This document shows, in pieces, positions 19,123 through 28,193 of a DNA stretch of 49,071 nt. The notes under the pieces are model-generated. The model searched no databases. It saw only the letters and a list, made by a program, of their open reading frames with translations, and had not been told where the DNA came from. This DNA comes from Elusimicrobiota bacterium (lineage in GTDB: Bacteria > Elusimicrobiota > Elusimicrobia > Elusimicrobiales > UBA9959). Location: contig JAPLKJ010000219.1 of NCBI GenBank assembly GCA_026388125.1, forward strand, positions 1 to 49,071, in the 5' to 3' direction. Position 1 is the stretch's first letter. The number at the start of each line of letters is the position of its first letter. A program made the position numbers and the translations under genes.

Positions 19123-20940
19123 CTATTTATAGAATTTCTTGGCTTCCCTCTGGAACCCCATTATCAGCGGCGTGAACGCCGCCGCCGCGCGCCCCGGCTG
19201 CTGCCGGTATTCGCCGTCGAAAACCTTTACGCCGCCTTTGTACGCCTCCAGCGGCATCTCCAGCGTGGCGGTGGCCGTTATTATGCCGGCGCTGTCCCAC
19301 GACGAGGAAGGCAGGAAGGTCCGCTCTTCGCGCGCCAGCAGGCTGCGCCCGCTGGAGTAATCCTGGGCCGCGTTCTTCACGCCGGCCAGCGGCAGCAGCG
19401 TTGGGACGATATCCAGGTGGCTGGTAAGGATGCTCACGCGTTCGGCGGCCCGGCCCGGCACGTACAGCACCAGCGGCACGCGTATCTCCTCGGGGCTGTA
19501 GCCCTGGTTATGCCCGTAGCGCCCCCGCTCCAGGAAAGCCTCGCCATGGTCGCCCAGCACCAGCACCACCGTATCCTTAAGCCCGCCGGAGGCCTGCAGC
19601 GCCTTCATTATGCGCCCGACGAGGTGGTCGTCGAAGCCTACGGAATTCCTGTATTTGTTCTTCAGCCCGCCCACGTTGCTTTTGTTCAGCAGCAGCTGGC
19701 TCATCCCGTACGAGGGCTTGAACTTTTCGAAGCCGGGCAGGTAATCGTAATTGCCGTGCGAGGCGTCGTAGAAGATGAAGCCGAAATAAGGTTTTTTCGC
19801 GTCGCGCTTCTTCAGGTAGGAGATGAACTTCTCCGAGATGTCCTGGTCGCGCTCCGCGCCGTCCGCGCCGGCCGGCTCGTCGTAAATTCCGGCGCGCGGC
19901 ACGTCCACGAAGCAGGTCTTGTTGAACTCGGGGAAGCTGAGCTTGGCGCTGGCCAGGACCCGCAGGTCGTAGCCCTGCTTTTTCAGCACGTCCACCAGCA
20001 GCGGGCCGCGCCGCTCGCCCAGCATGGGGAACCAGTAGTTGCCGTAGATGCCGTACAGCATGGTAAAGATCCCGAACCGGGTGCAGTTGCCGCCGCTGTA
20101 ATGGTTCTCGAACACCGCGGAGCGCTTGCCCAGCGCCCAGGTTTCAGGCATCACTTCGGGCGTGAGCATATCGGAGCGCAGCGAGTCCACTATTATAAAA
20201 AGGAAGTTCAGCGGCCTGGCCGGCGGCTCCGTGCGCAGCGGCGCGCGCGGGTAGGCCAGCCCGGAATACCGCAGGTCCACGCCGCCCTTCACCTCGTTGT
20301 CCAGTTTCACGCCCAGGTATTTGCTGGCGAAGGTGCGGATGCGCAGCGGCTGGTAAAGCGGGAACAGCTGCGCGTTGCGGGTAATGTAGACCGAATCGTA
20401 AAGCGTGCCCCAGGCGAACAGCCCCTTGTCGGCCGCCACGAACAGCAGCAGCACTACCGCCAGCGCCTTGGCCTGCCGGGGCTTCCATTTCTGCGCCAGC
20501 ACCGCGGACTTGCGCCAGAAATACCACTGCGCCGCGCCCATGGCCGCTATTATCGCCGCAAAAAGCAGCTTCGTCCCCGGGCCCTGGCCCAGGGTGGCCA
20601 TCCCGCCCGGCGTGAGGATCAGGTTCAGCACCATGGAATTCTGGTGGAATTTAAAGATCTTGTAGATGGCCACGTCGACCACCAGCACGGTCTGAAAAGA
20701 CGCCAGCACGGCGGCCAGCGCGCCGCGGCCCGCCGGGAAAAGAAAAAGCAGCGCGGCCGGCACCGCCAGCACAACATACAGCATTACGGTGTTCGAAACC
20801 AGCGCGGCCACGGTATAAACCGTTTCCAGCGGCTGCCCGCCGGTGAAGAAAAGCAGGAAAGCGCAGACGGCCAGAGAAAGGCCGAAGTTAAGCCACAGGA
20901 ACGCCGCGAAACGTTTAAAGTCAGGTTTTAATATAGCCAT
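19123..20940 (-). CDS. YejM/PbgA-like inner-membrane sulfatase-fold protein
   Basis: About 5 N-terminal TM segments, FPLYQPL, IIVDSLR, HYSGGNCTRFGIFTMLYG, GDHGE, TSHLDIVPTL. Confidence 0.8.
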   Translation of the reverse strand: MAILKPDFKRFAAFLWLNFGLSLAVCAFLLFFTGGQPLETVYTVAALVSNTVMLYVVLAVPAALLFLFPAGRGALAAVLASFQTVLVVDVAIYKIFKFHQNSMVLNLILTPGGMATLGQGPGTKLLFAAIIAAMGAAQWYFWRKSAVLAQKWKPRQAKALAVVLLLFVAADKGLFAWGTLYDSVYITRNAQLFPLYQPLRIRTFASKYLGVKLDNEVKGGVDLRYSGLAYPRAPLRTEPPARPLNFLFIIVDSLRSDMLTPEVMPETWALGKRSAVFENHYSGGNCTRFGIFTMLYGIYGNYWFPMLGERRGPLLVDVLKKQGYDLRVLASAKLSFPEFNKTCFVDVPRAGIYDEPAGADGAERDQDISEKFISYLKKRDAKKPYFGFIFYDASHGNYDYLPGFEKFKPSYGMSQLLLNKSNVGGLKNKYRNSVGFDDHLVGRIMKALQASGGLKDTVVLVLGDHGEAFLERGRYGHNQGYSPEEIRVPLVLYVPGRAAERVSILTSHLDIVPTLLPLAGVKNAAQDYSSGRSLLAREERTFLPSSSWDSAGIITATATLEMPLEAYKGGVKVFDGEYRQQPGRAAAAFTPLIMGFQREAKKFYK

Positions 20941-21019
20941 AAGCGATAGCGCCAAAGTGATATAATGATTTTACTTATTTTAGACCTTTGCGGCCGAGCC
21001 AGGACCGCGCTTTACCTTT

Positions 21020-22042
21020 ATGGACATTAAAAAACTTGCTGTTTTCATGAAAGAGAACGGCGCCCCCGCTTTCCGCATAAAGCAGGCGCGCGACGCCGTG
21101 TACAAGAATTTCGCCGCCTCCTGGGACGAAGTGCCGGTGCTGCCCGCCCCCCTCAGGGAGGCCCTGCACCGCAGCCTCCGCATCCATTCCGTGGACAACC
21201 TGGAAACCCTGGTCTCAAAAAAAGGCGACGCGGTGAAGTTCTGCTTCGGCCTGAAGGACGGCCATAAGATAGAGACCGTGCTGCTCAACCTCATGCCCGA
21301 GAAATGGAGCCTCTGCATCTCCACGCAGGTAGGCTGCCCGGTGCGCTGCCCCTTCTGCGCCACCGGCCGCAAAGGACTGAAGCGCAACCTTTCGCCGGAA
21401 GAGATCACCGACCAGTTCCTGGCCGCGGCCTCTTACCTTAAAAAGACCCGCCAGCAGAAGATCACGAACGTGATCTTCATGGGCATGGGCGAGCCGTTCC
21501 TGAACTACGAGTCGGTGGCCGAGGCAATAAAGGCCATCTCCGACCCAGACCGCATAGGGCTGGGCCACCGGCACATCTCGGTGTCCACCGCCGGCCACGT
21601 GCCCGGCATACGCCGCTACGCCAAGGATTTTCCGCAGTGCAACCTGGCCATCTCGCTGCACGCCGTTGAGGACGCGCTGCGCACCAGCCTGGTGCCGCTC
21701 AACAGCACCTACCCGCTCGGCCAGCTTACCAAGGCGCTGACCGATTATATCTTCTCCACCAAGCGCCGCGTGTTCGTGGAATACGTGATGCTGGAAGGCA
21801 TAAACAGCAGCCGCAGCCAGGCGGCCAGGCTCAACTCCTGGCTGCGCACGGTGGCCGCACCCAAGTATTTCGTGGTGAACCTGATCCCCTACAACCGCAC
21901 CGGCTCCCTTTACCGGGCGCCCGCCCGCGAAAGGGTTAAGGTGTTCGCCGACCTGCTGACGGAGATGGGCATAGAAGTGACCACCCGCAAAAGCATGGGT
22001 TCGGACATAGCCGGCGCCTGCGGCCAGCTGGCCGGCGAGTAA
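21020..22042 (+). CDS. rlmN: 23S rRNA m2A2503 radical-SAM methyltransferase
   Basis: CISTQVGCPVRCPFCATG, MGMGEP, DIAGACGQL. Confidence 0.93.
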   Translation: MDIKKLAVFMKENGAPAFRIKQARDAVYKNFAASWDEVPVLPAPLREALHRSLRIHSVDNLETLVSKKGDAVKFCFGLKDGHKIETVLLNLMPEKWSLCISTQVGCPVRCPFCATGRKGLKRNLSPEEITDQFLAAASYLKKTRQQKITNVIFMGMGEPFLNYESVAEAIKAISDPDRIGLGHRHISVSTAGHVPGIRRYAKDFPQCNLAISLHAVEDALRTSLVPLNSTYPLGQLTKALTDYIFSTKRRVFVEYVMLEGINSSRSQAARLNSWLRTVAAPKYFVVNLIPYNRTGSLYRAPARERVKVFADLLTEMGIEVTTRKSMGSDIAGACGQLAGE

Positions 22043-22048
22043 GGGCAG

Positions 22049-22132
22049 AGGGGACGTATTTGACTTTTTGACTATTTATCAACAGCGCATGAGCAACTGC
22101 CGCGAATAGTCAAAAAGTCAAATACGTCCCCT
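22049..22132. repeat. Perfect 28-bp inverted repeat with 28-nt spacer (REP/REPIN-like)
   Basis: AGGGGACGTATTTGACTTTTTGACTATT (22049-22076) and its exact reverse complement (22105-22132). Confidence 0.85.
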
Positions 22133-22197
22133 GGCAATAATTATATAATAACTGTGTATTACGCTGTTTATTCGCTGGTCCTTTCCGGAGGTACACC

Positions 22198-23658
22198 ATG
22201 TGCGGCATAGCTGGCGTGTTCGAAGCCGAGGGGGCCACAGGCCTCATCGCGTCCATACTTTTCGCCATCCAGCACCGCGGCCAGGAAAGCTGCGGCGCCG
22301 CCGCAAAAGATACCTCGGGACGCATCCTGCTGCACAAGGGCATGGGCCTGGTGAAGCAGGTGCTGGATTCGGACGTGCAGGCGCGCCTGCCCGGCAGGTC
22401 CGCCATCGGCCACGTTCGCTACCCCACCGCCGGCAGGAGCGACGTACTTAACTCACAGCCCCATGTAATAGAACTGGCCCAAGGCCCCATAATGGCCATA
22501 GCCTCCAACGGCGACCTCATCAACTACGGCGAACTGCGCGCGCGGCTGGAGCGGGACGGCGTGGTGTTCAAGAGCGACAACGACGCCGAGCTGATAGGCC
22601 GCATGATAGCCATGTACCATGTGAAGGAAAGGCTGGAGATAGAGGACGCCATCGCCCGCGTGCAGCGCGAGCTGAAAGGCGCCTTCTCCACCGTACTTAT
22701 GTTCCGCGACCGCCTTTACGCTTTCCGCGACCCCCACGGCTTCCGCCCCTTCGTGATAGGCCACCTGAGCTACACCGGCGCCGGCGAGCCGCCCAGCGAG
22801 GGCACGGTGTTCGCTTCCGAGGACTGCGGTTTCGGAATTATTGGCGCGCGCCGCCTGCGCGAAGTGAAGCCCGGCGAGATCCTGCGCCTGGAGAAAGGCC
22901 GCCCGGTAATATCCGTGGCCCGCGCGCCGCTGCAGCTGCGGCATTGCGTGTTCGAACTTATCTATTTCTCGCGCCCCGACAGCATAGTCTTCGAAGAGCC
23001 GGTCTGGCAGGCCCGCCAGCGCATCGGCGCCTGCATAGCGGCCAAGGACGCGGCGCTGCCCAACGGGGACGACCTGGTGGCCATGCCGGTGCCGGATTCC
23101 TCCAACTTCATAGCGCTGGGCTACGCCAAGGCCAAAGGCGCCGAGTTCGGCATGGGCCTGCTGCGCAACCATTACGTGGGCCGCACTTTCATAAAGCCCA
23201 CGCAGGCCAGCCGCGACGAGGGCGTGAAGCAGAAGTTCAACCCGCTGCCCGGCTATTTCCCGGGCAAGCGCGTGGTGCTGATAGACGATTCCGTGGTGCG
23301 CGGCACCAGCCTGCGCAAGCTGGTATCCATGCTGCGCCGGGCCGGCGCCAAAGAAGTGCACGTGCGCATAGGCTCGCCCAAGGTGATAGGCCGCTGCTTC
23401 TACGGCATAGACACCCCCACCGCCGGGGAACTGATAGCCAACCGCATGTCCGAGAAAGAGATTCGCGCCTACTTGGGCGCGGACAGCATACGCTGGCTGG
23501 AAACGGCCGATTTCGAAGACCTGCTGCCCGGCCGGCGGCAGGACTTCTGCACCGCCTGCTTCGACTTAGACTATATCTACCCGCCGGAAGACTTCGCCGC
23601 CAAGGCCAACATTCCGGCGGCGCGGCAGGCGCCCGCGCCGGCCGCCTGCGTCTCCTGA
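22198..23658 (+). CDS. purF: Amidophosphoribosyltransferase
   Basis: MCGI N-terminal nucleophile, QHRGQE, GHVRYPT, PRT loop VLIDDSVVRGTS, Cys residues consistent with Fe-S ligands (HCVFE, CFYGID, CTAC). Confidence 0.95.
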   Translation: MCGIAGVFEAEGATGLIASILFAIQHRGQESCGAAAKDTSGRILLHKGMGLVKQVLDSDVQARLPGRSAIGHVRYPTAGRSDVLNSQPHVIELAQGPIMAIASNGDLINYGELRARLERDGVVFKSDNDAELIGRMIAMYHVKERLEIEDAIARVQRELKGAFSTVLMFRDRLYAFRDPHGFRPFVIGHLSYTGAGEPPSEGTVFASEDCGFGIIGARRLREVKPGEILRLEKGRPVISVARAPLQLRHCVFELIYFSRPDSIVFEEPVWQARQRIGACIAAKDAALPNGDDLVAMPVPDSSNFIALGYAKAKGAEFGMGLLRNHYVGRTFIKPTQASRDEGVKQKFNPLPGYFPGKRVVLIDDSVVRGTSLRKLVSMLRRAGAKEVHVRIGSPKVIGRCFYGIDTPTAGELIANRMSEKEIRAYLGADSIRWLETADFEDLLPGRRQDFCTACFDLDYIYPPEDFAAKANIPAARQAPAPAACVS

Positions 23659-23670
23659 CCGCCAGCCCGC

Positions 23671-23699
23671 AAAAAAGCCCCGGCGGACCGGGGCTTTTT
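23671..23699. terminator. Bidirectional rho-independent terminator
   Basis: AAAAAAGCCCCGG-cgga-CCGGGGCTTTTT between convergent purF and thiolase. Confidence 0.88.
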
Positions 23700-23718
23700 C
23701 ATTTGCTGCTTTAGCGGC

Positions 23719-24897
23719 TCAGCGCTCCACGCACATTGCTATGCCCATGCCGCCGCCTATGCACAGCGTGGCCAGGCCTTTCCTGGCGTTCCTGCGGCGC
23801 ATTTCGTGCAGCAGCGTAACCAGTATGCGCGCGCCCGAGGCGCCCACCGGGTGCCCCAGCGCTATGGCGCCGCCGTTCACGTTCACTATATCCATGTTGA
23901 AGCCCAGCTCCTTGGCCACCGCCAGCGCCTGCGCGGCGAAAGCCTCGTTGCCTTCAATAAGCTCCACGTCCTTAAGCTGCCAGCCGGCGCGCTTCAGCGC
24001 CAGCCGCACCGCTTCCGCCGGGCCGATGCCCATTATGGAGGGGTCAACACCGGCCCAGCCGTAGGACGCTATGCGCGCCATGGGTTTCAGGTTATATTCT
24101 TTCAAAGCCTCTTCCGAAACGGCCAGCACGGCGGCAGCGCCGTCGTTGATGCCGGAGGAGTTGGCCGCCGTAACGGTGACGTCCTTCTTGAAGGCGGGGC
24201 GCAGCTTCGCAAGACCCTCGGCGGTAACGCCGGCCCGGGGGAACTCGTCCTTGTCGAACGCCAGGGGGTCGCCCTTGCGCTGCGGTATCATTACCGGCAC
24301 TATCTCGTCCCCGAAGCGACCGGCCTTCATGGCCTGCTCGGCCCTGTTCTGGGAAAGGGCAGCGAAAGCGTCCTGCTGCTCGCGCGTAATGTTGTATTTC
24401 GCCGCCAGGTTCTCGGCCGTTATGCCCATGTGGCAGTTGTTAAAAACGTCCCAGAGCCCGTCGTTGATCATCGAGTCGATCAGCTCGCCGTTGCCCATCT
24501 TGTAGCCGGCGCGCGCTTTCTTCAGCAGGTACGGCGCGTTGGTCATGCTCTCGGTGCCGCCCGCTATTATCAGGCCGGCGTCGCCGCACTTTATCTGCTG
24601 CGCGGCCATGGCTACGGCGCGCAGGCCGGAGCCGCATACCATGTTTATGGTCAGCGCGGTCTTTTCCTTGGGGATGCCGGCGCCCATTTGCACCTGCCGC
24701 GCTATGTTCTGCCCCTGGCCGGCCTGGTAAATGTTGCCCAGCAGCACTTCATCGATATTTTCGGCCGCCGCGCCGGTACGCGCCAGCAGCGCCTTCACCA
24801 CCGTCTTGCCGAGTTCCACAGAGCTGACCTCAGCCAGCCCGCCCGAGAAATTACCTATGGCAGTCCTTACACCTTCCGCAATAAATACTTCTTTCAT
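23719..24897 (-). CDS. atoB: Acetyl-CoA C-acetyltransferase (thiolase), second paralog
   Basis: [25 protein letters not shown]. Confidence 0.9.
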   Translation of the reverse strand: MKEVFIAEGVRTAIGNFSGGLAEVSSVELGKTVVKALLARTGAAAENIDEVLLGNIYQAGQGQNIARQVQMGAGIPKEKTALTINMVCGSGLRAVAMAAQQIKCGDAGLIIAGGTESMTNAPYLLKKARAGYKMGNGELIDSMINDGLWDVFNNCHMGITAENLAAKYNITREQQDAFAALSQNRAEQAMKAGRFGDEIVPVMIPQRKGDPLAFDKDEFPRAGVTAEGLAKLRPAFKKDVTVTAANSSGINDGAAAVLAVSEEALKEYNLKPMARIASYGWAGVDPSIMGIGPAEAVRLALKRAGWQLKDVELIEGNEAFAAQALAVAKELGFNMDIVNVNGGAIALGHPVGASGARILVTLLHEMRRRNARKGLATLCIGGGMGIAMCVER

Positions 24898-24908
24898 TAC
24901 GAGCCTCC

Positions 24909-25589
24909 TTATACGGCGCTTTTCGGTGCGGCAGCGCGCTTATGCCTGAGATACTCCACCAGCGCGGGCAGAATTGAAATAAAAACGATGGCCATGATGA
25001 CGGCCGTAAAATTGGCCCTGACCACCGGGATGTTCCCGAAGAAATAGCCGGTAGATAGCAGGATGGTCACCCAGGTAAAGCCGCCAACCACGTTGAACAT
25101 GAGGAATTTGGGATACGTCATGGCGCCCACGCCGGCCACGAACGGCGCGAACGTGCGCACTATGGGCACGTACTTGCACAGGATGATGGCCTTGCCGCCA
25201 TACTTTTCGTAGAAGTTATGCGTCTTCTGCAGGTATTCTTTTTTAAAGATGCGCGAATTCTCGTAGTGGAAGACCTTGGGGCCGATATAATTGCCCACGC
25301 CGTAATTCACGTTGTCGCCCAGGATGGCGGCAAAGACCAGCAGCGGCCAGATCTTGTGTATGTCCAGGTAGCCCAGGGCCGCGAACGTGCCCACCGCGAA
25401 CAGCAGCGAATCCCCCGGCAGAATGGGCGTTACCACCAGCCCCGTTTCGCAGAAGATGATGAGGAACAGGATAAGGTAGGTCCACGCCCCGTAATTCTGT
25501 ATTACGAGGCCGAGGTATTTGTCGAGATGGATGAAAATATTGAATGCGTAAAGAAGGAAGTTCGCCGCGTGGGCAAGGAGTTCTGTCAT
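24909..25589 (-). CDS. dedA: DedA family membrane protein
   Basis: [41 protein letters not shown]. Confidence 0.92.
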   Translation of the reverse strand: MTELLAHAANFLLYAFNIFIHLDKYLGLVIQNYGAWTYLILFLIIFCETGLVVTPILPGDSLLFAVGTFAALGYLDIHKIWPLLVFAAILGDNVNYGVGNYIGPKVFHYENSRIFKKEYLQKTHNFYEKYGGKAIILCKYVPIVRTFAPFVAGVGAMTYPKFLMFNVVGGFTWVTILLSTGYFFGNIPVVRANFTAVIMAIVFISILPALVEYLRHKRAAAPKSAV

Positions 25590-25615
25590 TTACGCATTAC
25601 CGCGGAGGAAAAATC

Positions 25616-25690
25616 TGGTGGGTGATACAGGATTTGAACCTGTGACATCTGTCGTGTGAGGACAGCGCTCTACCGCTGAGCTAATCACCC
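25616..25690 (-). tRNA. tRNA-Val (anticodon CAC), CCA encoded
   Basis: GGGTGATTAGCTCAGCGGTAGAGCGCTGTCCTCACACGACAGATGTCACAGGTTCAAATCCTGTATCACCCACCA; all four stems pair. Confidence 0.97.
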
Positions 25691-25701
25691 TTTGAATATA
25701 T

Positions 25702-25740
25702 ATTTTACAATAGTTTTTTGTGTTTTGCAGTTTTAATTTT
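25702..25740 (-). promoter_or_regulatory. Putative tRNA promoter
   Basis: On the minus strand CTGCAA-17 bp-TAAAAT with an A-rich upstream tract, 11 nt before the tRNA 5' end. Confidence 0.5.
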
Positions 25741-25747
25741 GAACCCC

Positions 25748-25771
25748 TGGTGTCCAATTTGGTGTCCAATT
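25748..25771 (+). repeat. Tandem 12-bp direct repeat, probable integrase arm-type sites
   Basis: TGGTGTCCAATT x2, between the integrase stop and the tRNA. Confidence 0.7.
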
Positions 25772-25780
25772 CCCAAAATA

Positions 25781-25807
25781 CAAGTAGAACCAAGTAGAAC
25801 GAAATAG
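25781..25807 (+). repeat. 10-bp-period array, inverted copy of 26962..26988
   Basis: CAAGTAGAAC-CAAGTAGAAC-GAAATAG; 25/27 identical to the reverse complement of 26962-26988. Confidence 0.85.
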
Positions 25808-25825
25808 CGATAAAAGGCACCGGAG

Positions 25826-26899
25826 CTATGGCTGGCATGATAGTTGACCACTATGCGTTGCCGGGGCCGCCGGCGCGCCCAGAACAGGCATCCCCGATTC
25901 GAACGCGGCCATGGCGGCGTTAATATGCGCCTTCGACAGGTGGGCATAGCGTTGCGTCATCTGCGGCGACGCGTGGCCCAACAGTTTTTGCAGGGCGTAC
26001 AGGTCCGCCGTCCTCATATAGAAGTGGCTGGCAAAAGTATGTCGAATATCATGAAACCGGAAATACGCAATGCCGGACTCCGCCTTCAACCGGTCGAACA
26101 GACGCCTGAACGTTATATGCGCTATTTCGAAAACTTTCCCCTCCGGTTTCGGCCTAGTACCTAACATTACTTCCTTCAGGCGCGGCGTGATAGGCACCTC
26201 GCGCGGCTTGCCGGACTTCGATATAAGAATGTAGATGGTGCCATGCTCAAGGTCGACGTTCTTCCAATCCAGCCTTAATATCTCGCCTTGCCGCATGCCC
26301 GTAAAGAGCGCGCAGACGACAACAGGATATAGCTTGCTGTACTCCGGCCCCTGGCACACGAGTAGTAGCCGGTCCATCTCGGCGGAACTTAGGTAACGGA
26401 GCCGGGAGGCGTTATCGGGCTGCTTCTTAATGCGCTTGGCAGGATTTTCCTTCTGAAAGTCGCCCCACTCAATGGCGCGGTTGTAGATGGCCTTTATCAA
26501 TGCCAGGTACCGGTTCGCGGTCGACGGCGTGGTCGAGACCGCTTTCTTGTTGTACCATTCCTGCCATTCTTTCGTCGTTATTTCGTCGGCCCGCCGATGG
26601 CCGAATTCGGGAATCAGGGTACCGGTTCGGTAGCTCCATGAACTATCCCTGTTGAAGCCGACAAGCCGGTAGTAGTTATCCGCCAGTTCTTTAAAAGTGC
26701 AACGCTTAACGGCGGCGATATATTTATTTTCATAAACCTCGCCCTGCACCTTAACTAGTGACCGCTTAGCCAACTTGCGCATTTCTGCGGTATCAGGCCC
26801 GATCTTCTCACGGTGGCGCTTGCCGGCCTGATCATTAAAGACTATCCATACTTCCGCCAATTTATCCGCCCGTTTTCGTATCCAGATTCCGTTTGCCAT
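25826..26899 (-). CDS. Tyrosine recombinase/integrase
   Basis: Catalytic R (TGMRQGEI), K (SKSGK), HxxR (HDIRH), H (LLGH) and Y (QRYAH); start at MANGIW after SD AGGAG/AAGGA (ORF track extends to 26932). Confidence 0.93.
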   Translation of the reverse strand: MANGIWIRKRADKLAEVWIVFNDQAGKRHREKIGPDTAEMRKLAKRSLVKVQGEVYENKYIAAVKRCTFKELADNYYRLVGFNRDSSWSYRTGTLIPEFGHRRADEITTKEWQEWYNKKAVSTTPSTANRYLALIKAIYNRAIEWGDFQKENPAKRIKKQPDNASRLRYLSSAEMDRLLLVCQGPEYSKLYPVVVCALFTGMRQGEILRLDWKNVDLEHGTIYILISKSGKPREVPITPRLKEVMLGTRPKPEGKVFEIAHITFRRLFDRLKAESGIAYFRFHDIRHTFASHFYMRTADLYALQKLLGHASPQMTQRYAHLSKAHINAAMAAFESGMPVLGAPAAPATHSGQLSCQP

Positions 26900-26962
26900 A
26901 AGTTCCTTTTCTCCTTGGACAATAGCGGACATTTACGTCGTCCGTCAAGTCCTGTTTCGCTC

Positions 26963-27095
26963 TATTTCGTGCTACTTGGTTCTATTTGGTTTTGAATCAA
27001 ATCTACCCTGTTTTGACTTTGCTGTACTTTGTTGTATTTGGTTACGACCCCGCTTCCATGCAGTTCGACTTTGTTGTATTTTGTTGTGTTTGGTT
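26963..27095 (-). repeat. Three 29-bp arrays of 10-bp units at exact 52-bp period upstream of the integrase
   Basis: On +: TATTTCGTGCTACTTGGTTCTATTTGGTT (26963-26991), GACTTTGCTGTACTTTGTTGTATTTGGTT (27015-27043), GACTTTGTTGTATTTTGTTGTGTTTGGTT (27067-27095). Confidence 0.8.
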
Positions 27096-28073
27096 CAGGA
27101 GCCATTCATCTATCGTGCTTTTCCGGAACCGGTTCAGCCGCCCCAACTTTATAACGGGTATCTTCCCCTCGCTTACCTTCGTGTATATGGTGGCAATAGC
27201 CCAGCCCAGGTACGCGGAAAGCCCCGGCACATCCATCAAGGGGTCATTTTGAACGGGGACCGGCACGGATACTGGGGTGGCCACAGGCGCGGCGGCTGCG
27301 TTAATCGGCCCGGAATCGGGGCATAGCCGCGCTTTCGCCGCGTTTACGTAGTCCGCATTCAGATCGTAGCCCACAAAGCGCCGGCCGTGCTTCTGCGCCG
27401 CCAGGAGCGTGGTGCCAGAGCCGCAGAAGGGGTCAAGAACAACATCGCCGGGCTTACTGCCGTACAGAACGAACCGCTCTGCCACGGCGTCCGGCATCTT
27501 GGCGGGGTGGATCTCTTTCTGGTCCTGGGATTTAGGGTGAATAAAATAGTTGCCCGGGTCTTTGCCAAGTTCGTTATATTTATAGGTCCGGTTATCTTTG
27601 CCCGCCCATTCGCTCGGCTCGCGGATAGCGTCCTTATAAACAATAAAATCTTTTGATTTCGCGAAGTGCCAGATAAACTCAACAGAGTTCTTCAGCACGT
27701 TCCGGGCGGGCAGGGGATTGGCGTTGGGCTTCACCCAGGTATGCGTCTGCACGTGCAGCAGACCAAGCTCTTCTACTGCCATCTTCACGATCAGGTATTC
27801 CGTGGGCGAGGTCAGCCCGTCGATTATCTGCGCCTGAAAGTTCAGGAACAGGTTTCCGCCTGGCTTCAATACGCGCTTACATTCAGCCAGTACGGCTTTC
27901 AGCTTAGTTACATATTCCAGCCCCTGGTAATTCCCAAGATCCTCCGGGTCATCAGAATAATGCCGCATGGTCTCGTAAGGGGGCGAGGTAAGAATAAGGT
28001 CCACCGACAGCGGCTCCAGTTCCGCCATCCGCGCGGACGAGCTGCAGTACACCGCATCAAAAAAGTCTTTCAT
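27042..28073 (-). CDS. Beta-class N4C/N6A DNA methyltransferase fused to a C-terminal excisionase-type HTH
   Basis: Motif IV TSPPY, HPAKMP, motif I VLDPFCGSGTT; Pro/Ala linker; LMDVPGLSAYLGWAIATIYTKVSEGKIPVIKLGRLNRFRKSTIDEWL (HTH_17/Xis-like); SD AGGAG. Confidence 0.85.
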   Translation of the reverse strand: MKDFFDAVYCSSSARMAELEPLSVDLILTSPPYETMRHYSDDPEDLGNYQGLEYVTKLKAVLAECKRVLKPGGNLFLNFQAQIIDGLTSPTEYLIVKMAVEELGLLHVQTHTWVKPNANPLPARNVLKNSVEFIWHFAKSKDFIVYKDAIREPSEWAGKDNRTYKYNELGKDPGNYFIHPKSQDQKEIHPAKMPDAVAERFVLYGSKPGDVVLDPFCGSGTTLLAAQKHGRRFVGYDLNADYVNAAKARLCPDSGPINAAAAPVATPVSVPVPVQNDPLMDVPGLSAYLGWAIATIYTKVSEGKIPVIKLGRLNRFRKSTIDEWLLNQTQQNTTKSNCMEAGS

Positions 28074-28081
28074 GGCACACT

Positions 28082-28181
28082 CCTAAAAAATATTAACCTT
28101 ACCTCAATATTTTAGGCCAGGCCATGAATAAGCGCCCGGATACAGTTCCGCGAACCGTATCCGAGTCCCGTCTGAAACGGG
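28082..28181 (-). promoter_or_regulatory. Structured leader with three hairpins, the last overlapping the SD
   Basis: Stems at 28167-28181, 28135-28165 (14 bp) and 28082-28116; the mismatches are G-U pairs only on the minus strand. Confidence 0.5.
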
Positions 28182-28193
28182 CATTTGGGGTTG

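Noticed and set aside
26963-27095. Mini-CRISPR interpretation of the 29-bp repeats with 23-bp spacers
   Set aside because: The repeats are degenerate, internally 10-bp periodic and non-palindromic, they overlap a coding region, and no cas genes are present.
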